The notes beneath the pieces were generated by a model. The model was not told where the DNA came from and did not search any database. It worked only from the letters and a program-made list of their open reading frames with translations. From Macrostomum lignano (lineage: Eukaryota), in assembly GCA_002269645.1 (NCBI GenBank), contig NIVC01001129.1, positions 177,390 through 241,389 on the forward strand: a stretch of DNA of 64,000 nt, given 5' to 3'. The position numbers were made by a program, and so were the translations under genes. This document shows positions 1 to 10,400 of this stretch, piece after piece. Each line of letters starts with the position of its first letter. Within the stretch, counting starts at the first letter, position 1.

Positions 1-90
1 GGCAATTCACTCGCGGGCAATTCACTCGCGGGCAATTCACTCGCGGGCAATTCACTCGCGGGCAATTCACTCGCGGGCAATTCACTCGTG
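1..90. repeat. 15-bp tandem repeat (GGCAATTCACTCGCG)x6, truncated by window edge
   Basis: Unit read directly six times; the last copy ends GTG. Confidence 0.95.
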
Positions 91-465
91 GGAAAATCTC
101 GGCGGGCATATCTCATGGACCCGATATTCGATTCTGTGTTGGAAGTGGCCAAAAGTATGAAAATGCTTAAATTTTCAACTGATTCAAACATTGCGCAACC
201 AATTGCGAAAATTGTATTATCAATTTATTTATTTATTTAGTAAATACGTATCTCAAATGAAAGAGAATTCAAGGGCAAGACCAGTCATTTTCTGGATCTC
301 TTGGCTGCTTCCTCCAGTTCCTTTTGGCCCTGTCTCTTTATTCTTATGGCTGACGGCATTTTAATGCTTTTGGTTGCAGCGCCAGCAGCGGTTTAAGTCT
401 TGGGATTGCGGCGGACTCGGAATTTCGATCAGATCGACGATAAAGTGAAACGGTAAACACTAAAA

Positions 466-1333
466 CAGGGATTGGCAAACTCCGGCCTGAGGGCCAGATG
501 TGGCCTGCAAAGCCTCTATATCCGGGTCTTGGGTCCTTTGAATCTTCACAATAGCAATCCGGCCCGCTCAAGGTTTGCGTCTCTTCTCAGCTCTCTTCCC
601 TCACCTATCTCTTCTCATATTCTCCTGTCCTGTCCTCTCCTCTCTCCTGTCCTCTCCTCTCCTCTCCTCTCTCCTCTCCTCTCCTCTCTCCTTTCCTTTC
701 CTCTCCTCTCCTCTCTTTTCCTCTCATCTCCTCACCTCTCTCCTTTTCTCTCATCTCCTCACCTCTCTTCTCTCTTCTCCTCTCATCTCCTCACCTCTCT
801 CCTTTCCTCTCCTCTCCTCATCTCTCTCCTTTCCTCTCCTCTCCTCACCTCTCTCCTTTCCTCTCATCTCCTCACCTCTCTCCTTTCCTCTCCTCTCCTC
901 ACCTCTCTCCTCTCCTCTCCTCTCCTCATCTCTCTCCTTTCCTCTCCTCTCCTCACCTCTCTCCTTTCCTCTCCTCTCCTCATCTCTCTCCTCTCCTCTC
1001 ATCTCCTCACCTCTCTCCTCTCCTCTCATCTCTCATCTCCTCTCCTCTCTCTTATATTTCGACTCTCCTCTCCTCATTCATCTCCCCTCTCCTCTCTCCT
1101 TTCCTATTTTATCTCTCTTCTCGTCTACTCTCTTCTCTTTTATTTATTCGCCTCTCCTTTCTTCTATACTCGTATAGTTCTCTTCTCTATTCCCTATCCT
1201 CTCTCCCTATAGGCCGCAGTCATCAGGGACTCCTGGGTGCGTTTCTTTTAGGGGGCCCAGCGAAGCGGACCCAGAAGGGCAGATAGCGCTGTTCTCAATC
1301 TGGCCCTTGAGGTAAAAAGTTTGCTGACCCCTA
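466..1333. mobile_element. Old non-autonomous hAT/Charlie-like element filled with CT-rich low-complexity DNA
   Basis: Left end CAGGGATTGGCAAAC (466) and right end GTTTGCTGACCCCTA (1319-1333) resemble hAT CAGGGGTxxxCAAAC TIRs. Flanking 8-mers CACTAAAA / AACTAAAG match 6/8, consistent with a decayed 8-bp TSD. Confidence 0.6.
575..1210. repeat. (CTCTC/CCT)n pyrimidine-rich low-complexity tract
   Basis: Almost purely C/T; explains the spurious L/S/P-rich ORFs. Confidence 0.95.
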
Positions 1334-1851
1334 AACTAAAGCACTAAGCTTAGACACATTAGATAAAACTGTAGTGGAATGGGATTGCGAACAACATTAA
1401 CGATTAAATCAGCTGCTACCCTTAGCTTCCAAGACTCAGAAAAGCCAAAGCCCAAAACCAGCCGACATTTGTTTAAATTCAAAAAGGGCACTTGCTGGAT
1501 CATGCTAAAAAGTGTGGAAGGCTCAAACCCATGCCCCCCCGGTTCCGACACCCCTGTAGAAAGCCACTGGATTTAGGAAGTCATTGTTCATAATCTTTAT
1601 GCTAAAACTTTATTGAACTTTCATTTGCCTTTGCAGAAGCAATGCTGATCGTTTCGTTGACTGAGTTCATTCAACACGTTCAAGGATGCCATGCTTCAGT
1701 TTTTTTAAGCCAATTGTAATTCGCCTCCATTTTGATTGGTTTAGAAACCATGCATTTAAGATTTGGCCACGTCGCACTTCCGATTTCCTTGCAAGCAACA
1801 AAACTGCATTTTCTAAATAATTTCTTCAAATAGCTGGGATAAATTTGAAAA

Positions 1852-4800
1852 ATGAAAACGTTGAATTTAATTCTGCTTCTGCTTTTCTGCTCCCAGTTCG
1901 CTGAAAATGTGCTTGGTAAGAATTGATTCGATTTAGAAAAGCTGTACTTTTTGTCTCAGAACTCTGTTATTAGTGAACTGCTATTAGTAGACTGCTATTA
2001 GTAGACTGCTATTAGTAGACTGCTATTAGTAGACTGCTATTAGTAGACTGCTATTAGTAGACTGCTATTAGTAGACTGCTATTAGTAGACTGCTATTCGA
2101 ATATAGGTATAACGCCTATTGATTTCAACTCTGTATTTTATGAATCCGTGCTTTTAATAGCCTAACATAGAGTATAATTTGTTAGACTTGACCAGAGTTA
2201 GGCTAAATTGGAAAACATACTGTCAAATGTCTGCAGGTGCTGAGCAAATCACCATTCCCAAAAACAAGCCTGCTAAGCAGTCTTCAAAGTACCGCTCAAA
2301 CGACGACCCAGCCCTGGCTAACAACGGCAACACCGGCGGCTCCCTTGTGCGCCTGTCGAACTGCTTCGAATGCGCGAACAACGACCCGCTACCCTGGTGG
2401 ATGGTTGACATGGGCGAGATCTACTTTGTCCACCAGGTGAAGGTGTGGAACAGAATCAACTGCTGTGCTGACCGGTTTCGGCAGGTTAGCGTTGGTAAGT
2501 TGCTGCTGCGAAGCTTAGATTGCTGCATGGCTTTGAGATAGATCGATCGGGCAAAAAACTACAGTAAATAGAGAAAAATTTACTGGTGTTGTATCAAGAA
2601 ATGTTTTGCTAAGCAAAAGCAAGCTACAGGGAAACGATGAAAATACATTTTTGTTAACGCTTCATGTTCAACAATATAAACGGAGATCTAGAACACTCAG
2701 ATTTACTCAAACTCAGAAACATTGCACAAACAATAAAATACTCGTATTTATATTCAATCAGAAAATGTTTGTGGAATTCCCAAATATGTGCCAAAAAGAC
2801 TTTTGATAGGGCATTACTTTACTTTGCAGCAGAGGGCTTTCAGGGATGAAATGCTATATGTATTTGAGCTGTAAATGGATGCTTGTAAGAGGCCCCTTTC
2901 ATGTAGGAACACGTGCGATGGTCTACAATTGTGGTAGCATTGTCCATGCATGTTGCCGATTCTCTGTACGGGGTCCGAATTCGGGCTTCAAAGCAGCTTA
3001 TCCATGACGAGCTTCACGATCTGAGCTTCAGGGGCTGAGGACTCCACCTTGCAGTCCACCTTTCTGGACCTCAACAGAACGAGAGTGTCCCAGGAGGTGC
3101 AAGGTGGCAGTCCGATGGGAGAACATGATGTACATGATCAAGCGAGTGAGTTGCTCGTGCGGGCCACTTGATTAAAAAAAGCACGTTATCCAAGGTACCA
3201 ATTTTTTTCGTAAAAACGACTGTCGAGCACCGTGCGTTTCAATTTGTTGACAATGGCGTGCAATGCGATTTCGATAGAACGGTCCAGACCGAAAGACGTG
3301 CCGGTTGCAGGAGGGGGGAAACGCCAGAGCCCATCCGTTCTATCAGTTTAACAGTAGAAAGACCACGCTATTTTTCCACATGGGGAAAGACCATGGGATC
3401 CCGGCTCGTCAGGGCCGCGTGGTGGCACTCCGTTGAATTCGAAGGTCCCGAAGGTCGTCCAGACAGAGCTGAATGCTGAACATGGTGCAGGACCATTGTA
3501 TAATACGCAGACATGCCTGGTTTGGTCCTTGATAGAAAAATCACGATGTTGGCGGTGTCAGCTCGTCGGGGCCGCGTGGTTGCCCTCCCTTAAAGGTCCC
3601 GAAGGTCGCCTATATGTCTACAGGTCAGCCTAGAGGGTCGCCATCGTCCATTTCATTCACCGATTATGTCTACTGACTGAATGCTACATGCAGAAGAGGA
3701 TTGTTCCACTTCAGTTTTGGAAACGCAGCCGTCTCTGCGATACCGATCGGGTGCTTTTGTTGAAGGTCCCGACGGTCGCCGCCGATGCTCCAGACGGTGA
3801 TGAAGGGAGGGGACCCTGGTGTCTTAGATGCTGAGAGCAAACGTCCCTGCGACTGATATGCATAGTTTTTTTAGTGCTTTCATGATGAGATTTTGTGAGC
3901 AGAAATTTTTTTGCCAATGTTGTTGGTTTTTTTCCACCAGACACCCCGAGGAGAATCGCTGAATATCTCGACGATGCCGATTTTTCGTGATTCTCGAAGT
4001 TGCTTCATCAAATAGAGCGGAAATTTTTAGCCCGTGATCTGGATTTTCATGGAAATTGGTTGAATATTCTTGGAGATATAGACAAAGGAAAAATTGGTGT
4101 ATTTGAAATACACCCCATGGTCTTTCTACTGTTATAGGCGATAACGCTAGGGAGGATCGATAGAGAGAAATACAGTACAAGCGCATAAAACACTGCACAA
4201 GGCGAGTATGCATGTAATGTGATGAGTCAGAGACTCTAAGAAGAACAGATTGGTGTTCGCTGGTGTCAGATTGATATTGCAGGAAGCTTTGGCAGAGTGT
4301 TAGCCTCCCTTCCATGGTTTGAGATAAAGACAATCGTGGCTTCCTGCCAGCCACGGTTGCTGAGGAGGTCGAGGAACCTGTCATTTTCACTGCTGTTGCT
4401 GCTTGAAGATTTTTTCAAGAGTCGAAGAGTTTACTGCAAATAAAATCCTCTCCATATTCCAGGTGTGGCTAAAAATCCCATCGTATGGACGTCCTTCAAC
4501 CAGGACCTGTTCGAACGCTGCGACTACTGGCCCGGGGTGGCCACGGTGGCTGACAATCCCATCGTGTTCACCTGCCCCAGCCCCATCGGAGGCAGGTACC
4601 TGGCCGTGTACAAGAACACCAGCGGACTGAGCGACGGCAGTGCCAGGCTGCACTTTTGCGAGGCTGACATCCTTGCAGGTTAGATGGGCCTTTGTAGCTT
4701 TGGTAGCTGCACTTTTGCGAGGCTGAAATCCTGGCAGGTTAGATGGGCCTTTGTAGCTTTGGTAGCTGCACTTTTGCGAGGCTGAAATCCTGGAAGGTTA

Positions 4801-5908
4801 GATGGGCCTTTGTAGCTTTGGTAGCTGCACTTTTGCGAGGCTGACATCCTGGCAGGTTAGATGGGCCTTTGTAGCTTTGGTAGCTGCACTTTTGCGAGGC
4901 TGAAATCCTGGCAGGTTAGATGGGCCTTTGTAGCTTTGGTAGTTTTTTTATAGTATTCTGGCAGTCTAAATACAGAATTAGAAAATTCTAACAAAAGAAA
5001 CGTCTCTCCAGTCAATAAAAAATCTCTTCTGAAGTCTATCCAGTAAAAGATCGAATTTTTATTCAGATACTAATTACAGTTACATAGTTTTGATAGAGCT
5101 GATTGATGGGCAACTCGGGCCACTGCAGAGGCAGATTCCAGCTAATGTCTTCATGAGGAGTGGTTCCTCGAGATTCTGGATTTGTCGCTGCACTACCTGT
5201 AAATATAAAATAAGTTGACATGAAAGACAAGCATGTGTCACCCAAGGACTACTAGACTAGAAGGACGCAACACTTGAAAATCGTGCAAAAATGATTGAAG
5301 GATGATAATTAAAATATCTATATCTCCGAATCGATTGCATGTTTAAGGTTACTTTTTTCGACAGATTGTTCAGATTTTTGTTCCCTACTGAGTAAGTTTA
5401 GTTTCATATTAGATGTAGATGCTAGAAAAGACTGTACAATGGAGACCTTGTATTTTCGGGCGTTTGGTATTCAAATCGGTAAGTTTAGGGACCAAATGAT
5501 GAAGGTAGCGAAAATCTTAAACGCAATTTTTTGTGAAAATTTTTTCTCACAAATATTGCCACTTCGATCTATAGTTCGCTCTTTACTAATACAACCTACG
5601 AGCGTAAAGTTATAAAAACATATTTTTTTAATAAAAAAATTTCAGTCCTGAAGCCGTCCATGGCCTCATTCAAGGCTGAGGTCATTCCACCAAGGTTCTC
5701 AACGAAGCCAACCGACTCGCAGCTCGATGGCTCTCCAATTGCTGCCAAGTTGAACATCGCCTGCCTGCGTGAGTGCGGCAGCCATCCAATGTGCCTCTAC
5801 ACTCTGTACAAGCAGGGCAACTGCTGGCTGTTCTCATCTGGCAGCATCTCCGAAAGCTTTATCAGCATCCTGAGTAGTGGAGATGCCAAGTTTATGCAGC
5901 TAAACTAA
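1852..5908 (+). CDS. Secreted F-type lectin + PAN/apple protein, copy 1 (266 aa)
   Basis: Exons 1852-1915 (MKTLNLILLLLFCSQFAENVL, signal peptide), 2237-2494 (PWWMVDMG...NRINCCADR, F-type lectin fold), 4463-4678 (CPSPIGGRYL...LHFCEADI) and 5646-5908 (CLRECGSHPMC...CWLFS, PAN-like cysteine pattern). All introns GT-AG and phase 1; the joined frame is open. Confidence 0.9.
1977..2097. repeat. 14-bp minisatellite (ACTGCTATTAGTAG), ~8.6 copies, in intron 1 of lectin copy 1
   Basis: Read directly; the paralogous array at 13612-13802 has ~13.6 copies. Confidence 0.95.
3349..4134. mobile_element. MITE-like element with 17-bp perfect inverted ends in intron 2 of lectin copy 1
   Basis: TAACAGTAGAAAGACCA (3349) and TGGTCTTTCTACTGTTA (4118-4134). 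The outer TA may be a TA target duplication. Also present at 15062-15846. Confidence 0.6.
4647..4941 (+). repeat. Five tandem 59-bp copies of the exon-3 3' end plus its splice donor
   Basis: Unit GCTGCACTTTTGCGAGGCTGA(C/A)ATCC...CAG|GTTAGATGGGCCTTTGTAGCTTTGGTA; only one copy in the other paralogs. Confidence 0.95.
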
Positions 5909-6424
5909 TCATCAAATATTCGGACATTTTTAATTGTAACTAACTGAACTCGAATAATTAAACTCTTCTTTAAAACTTTTACGCAGAGCTTTTAGCCTTT
6001 GAAGAACACTATAAATGTCTCTATCTACCATAAATTTTAATGTAGAATAACCTGAGTGGCAGGGTTACCTTATCCAGAGTAAAGTGCATGAAACAGTCAA
6101 GCAGACATGCAGCTACGCTCGTATAGTTAATATAAGTACGAAGCACGAGTGCCTTGCATTTTCTAAAGGGTTTTTTCAGGACTTCTCATAGCCGATATTT
6201 TTTGTTTGTCCAGATGTTAACAAATGGAGTCGTTTTAAGATAAAAAATTCCTAAATATTTTAGTCTGTGATTTTTCTGCAACAAAAATTCCTGCCTTGGC
6301 TTGTAAATCGTAATTGTGCCTCGATTCGTTTGGGCCACAAACGATTGCGCTGAAGGAAATTGTGAACTAAGTAAATTTTTGCGCGCCTTTCAGGCATCGA
6401 AACAGGAATACAACAGATTGCTTA

Positions 6425-7096
6425 TCTGCGAATAGTCTATGGTCAAGCCGCCCCCCATATTTGGATATTCTCAACGGGTTATATTTGGATGTACCCATTT
6501 GCAGATGAGCAGTCTGTATATTCCTGTATCAATGCGTTTGCGAGGATATTTTTTACGCTCACATCGTTACACGTTACACTTACATCGGCCGAATTGCATT
6601 GTTTGTTCCGCATGGGATCCTCGGGGCAAGCCTCTTCTTCGCTTGGCAGTGATGGCAGAGCATCATCGTTACCGCATTCAATGAATCGGATGAACTCCAT
6701 CAACTCGTTCATTCGAGGAATGAGGATGACAATCGAGGATGACAATCGGATGAACTCCTTCATACGCCTCGTCACGTCCACCCATACTCAAGTCGCTGAG
6801 AAAGTTGACCTCATTTCCATTCAAGCCGTCAATGCTTTCAATCGGCAAATTCGACCAATTTATCATTCGGATGAGCGGCATGAATAGAGGTAAGGGCAAA
6901 CAGAAGAAATATGAACATGTACCCTCTGCTGCAGAGTTCCAGCTTATAAGACCACAACTTCATTTAACCTGTTTCGTTTATTGTAATTTCAGACTGTTCC
7001 GCCTAACTTTTCGTTCCAGACGTTTTGTCTTTGGCCATCATTTTGCTTGCGCCAAGTGGAAAATGCCTATGACAAAAATCCCTAGAATCGCTTAGT
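6425..7096. mobile_element. MITE-like element with right TIR deleted (complete copy at 31694-32410)
   Basis: Left arm TCTGCGAATAGTCTATGGTCAAGCCGCCCCCCATATTTGGATA present. The ~67 bp containing the right arm seen at 32368-32410 is missing after GCTTAGT. Confidence 0.65.
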
Positions 7097-8494
7097 GAAC
7101 AATTCCCGTCTGGGAAGTTGTGTCCTAGCCGTTTTGTACCGTCCTCGATGCTATGGCAGTTGTGTGTGAAGCGTGACCTCTCGATAATCATACATTGTGC
7201 CTAGTCCCACTTACTACTCAGACTCATGCAGATCAGGGACTGTAGTAAAATTTTCCTGAGTAAATTTGAGTTTCTATCACTTTGCAAGCGTCTCAGGAAC
7301 ACCTCCTGACTAATACAAAGGCCAATAACTCCGTGAAGTGTCTGTATGTCGAAGGCTCCAAGACAATCAATTGACTACATACATTTCTTCTTTTTACTCA
7401 AAAACACTCTAGTGAAAAAAATTATCTTCAAAGATTAGGCGACTTTATTGTCAATTCTCTTTCACAATACGAGGTATCTATATAGGCGCACATGTGCTAC
7501 AAGCACTGGGATTTCTGTAAAGTCTGTTGCGATCCTATTCCCAAAAGATTTCTGAGCTTGAAAGTAGTTGTTTTTTCCACAATTGCGAACCTTCCATGGT
7601 TCTTAATACTCGTAGAAAAGGGCTCTTGAAAATGTTCCTACCGCATTGTCCTTACTTGGGGTGCATGACTTCAAGCAAGCCTATGAGAAACTAAAAGTTC
7701 CTGCGAATCAAATTTTATTCAATTTTAACTATAAAGCGAATCTCCTAAAGAACTTCTTGTTGATTTAAAGTAAGTATGCTCGATTCCAACAAATTCATAT
7801 CTCTCTCGTATTTCTCAGACGCATCCGATTCTGTGTGAGTTTCTTTCTCCCATTTCTAAGAATTCCTTCTGAGTTTGGACAGGTGATGTCGCCAGACGAA
7901 ATTCTCACGAGTTTGAAATTCTTGCCTCGCATTGTTTTCAGTTCCAGCTATTGACACTACTGGAATGGGCACTAGTTTGGTTGGTCCAAGCACTAACAGG
8001 CTCTAAGAATATCTTCTGACATAACTAAGGTGGATGCATGCATGGTGCCTTTTATGTCCATTGACATGCATGCAAACTTATACAAGATGGTACAGATTTC
8101 ATCAGCTAAATATCCCTTTGAGGCTGTCACCCATGACAAGCTCACCCACACAAATCGTAAAATAGCTACAAGTTAGATTTGCTGGTGTCATCGCAGATTC
8201 ACATTTAGATTTTAGTAAAGCTGCACCTACTTACTTACTGTGAGTAGTGTGCTTAGGAAAAGTATTTAAAGAGTGTATTTGCTCAAAGCATCTCCGACTG
8301 TAAATATTATTGATTGCATATAGTTTGTCAGAAAAGTCAAGGCATGCGCAATAATAATAATACTACGCACACGCACTCATTCACACGCTCACGCACTCAT
8401 TCACACGCTCACGCACTCATTCACACGCACTCATTCACACGCACACGCACTCATTCACACGCACACGCACTCATTCACACGCACACGCACTCAT

Positions 8495-9115
8495 TCACAC
8501 GCTCACACAGGGTTTAAAGCGGCCTGAATTTCTAATCGTCAGGCATGTACACTCTCTGTGCCTTGGCGGTTGGCCCTCGTGGCTGTGAATCGCACGACAA
8601 TCCGCCGGCCAATTATTGGTGCACACAAGCCCCAAATGAACTTGGTGCTGGCGCCCCTGGTGCTGGCGCTCCTGGTGCTGGCGCCCCTGGTGCTGGCGCC
8701 CCTGGTGCTGGCGCCCCTGGTGCTGGCGCCCCTGGTGCTGGCGCCCCTGGTGCTGGCGCCCCTGGTGCTGGCGCCCCTGGTGCTAAAGCCACTGGTGCTA
8801 AAGCCACTGGTGCTAAAGCCACTGGTGCTAAAGCCACTGGTGCTAAAGCCACTGGTGCTAAAGCCACTGGTGCTAAAGCCACTGGTGCTAAAGCCACTGG
8901 TGCTAAAGCCACTGGTGCTAAAGCCACTGGTGCTAAAGCCCCTGGTGCTGGCGCACCTAAATGAGTCTGAATTTTGGTTCGATTCGGTGCTTGTGTGCTC
9001 AAAAATTGGCCTTTGGGGTTGTCGTGCAATTCATGCACATGATGGCCAGCCTCCAAGGCACAGTGGGTGTTGCAGAGAGGATTAGAAATTGTCAAGGCCG
9101 CTGTAAACTCTGTAT
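8495..9115. mobile_element. Fold-back module 1: inverted copies of a dispersed repeat flanking a 15-bp minisatellite
   Basis: Left arm ...TGTGCCTTGGCGGTTGGCCC...GCACGACAA...GGCCAATT...GCACACAAGC matches the reverse complement of 8975-9110. Array 8644-8958 holds ~21 units of GGTGCTGGCGCCCCT and GGTGCTAAAGCCACT. Confidence 0.75.
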
Positions 9116-9783
9116 TTGCGCAACTGTAAAACAATTATTGGACAAATTATCAAAGCATCATACAGCGCAGGCAGTAACCCGTCTGTTCTTTTGCTATTGT
9201 CTTATTGACATGATTTTTGCTAATTAAAATGTTACATGGCACGTACAGGTATTTAATAAATAATACATTTGAACAAGATAAAACCGATGCTTTTAAATCT
9301 GCATGCACAACGTGTTCGCGCATCCACACAGCTTGCTGATCCTCTATTTGATGGAGCAACTGACCGGAAGCTTTCAGTTTTGTGGCTGCTGTTACTGCAT
9401 TGTCGATCAGACAAATATGAGCTAGAGATGAGAATTTATCGCGAGGAAGAAGTTGCCTTAGCTAGTTCAGAAGAAAATGAAGCAAGCAGTCAGTCATCAT
9501 GGTGACAGGATGCTTGCTTTTCTTGAAAAACTTATCTAAAAGGCGCCCTAATGGATCCACACGCAGTTTAATGGGCAAACAAAGTTTGCTCGCTAACTGA
9601 AAGCTAGCTAACTTTTAAGCGTTTTAGTGTTCTGAATGGCTTCCGCTGACTGATGGACGGCTAGATATGACAAACCGGAGAGATTGGAAGACAATTTTGC
9701 TACTTTTGAGCATTCACGATTGCATAGGAGTTTAGTTACTCCAGTATCCTGAGAAACTGGTGCGAAGTTTGTACTCACACTCG

Positions 9784-9980
<197 letters not shown>

Positions 9981-10206
9981 CATTATATTTCATTCACACC
10001 AATGAGGGCCAGCCCCCCAAGGCACAGAGAGTGCACATGCCTGACGATTAGAAAGTCAGGGCCGCTGTACACCTACATACTGCTTGAATACGGTATTGCG
10101 CGCTTGCATATGCTTGGCAGTCAGCAGAATGGGCAGACTCGCATCAGAGCTGGTTGAGGGACGATTTTGCTGAAGGCGCTGCACCTGGGAACTCACAGCT
10201 CTCGTG

Positions 10207-10400
10207 TGTGGTAACTGAGACAGAGGCCGTGTTTGCTGTAGCCGAAAATCTTACACTCTCGCCGCGCTGGGCACACATCTATATATTTAGAGCTTGAATT
10301 GGGTTGGCGGCACCCACCCGCTCTGCAGCCCATCAGACCGCCCGGGCGTACACGTTGGGCTAACATACCGTGCGTACGCACACTACATCTCTCCCCCTTT
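10207..10400 (-). mobile_element. Polypurine tract and 3' LTR of the Gypsy element
   Basis: Minus strand AAAGGGGGAGAGA (10400-10388) is immediately followed by TGTAG at 10387, with a TATA-like AATATATA inside. The distal end is either ...GTTACCACA (10207) or ...GGCTACA (10237). Confidence 0.75.

Noticed and set aside
472-1212. Long L/S/P-rich and E/R/G-rich ORFs
   Set aside because: Translations of the CT-rich tract; same for 61066-61431.
3168-4390. ORFs in intron 2 of lectin copies 1 and 2 as a nested gene
   Set aside because: No recognisable motif, and frames are not conserved between the two near-identical copies.
6313-7202. ATTGTGCCT 9-bp direct repeat as a Mutator-type TSD around an ~870-bp segment missing from unit 2
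   Set aside because: No TIRs at those boundaries; microhomology-mediated deletion explains it equally well.
8545-9134. Collagen/elastin-like (GAPGA)n, (VLAPL)n and (HQGRQ)n ORFs, also at 23985-24923 and 33805-34537
   Set aside because: A 15-bp stop-free minisatellite is open in most frames on both strands; there are no consistent starts or splice sites, and frames differ between paralogs.
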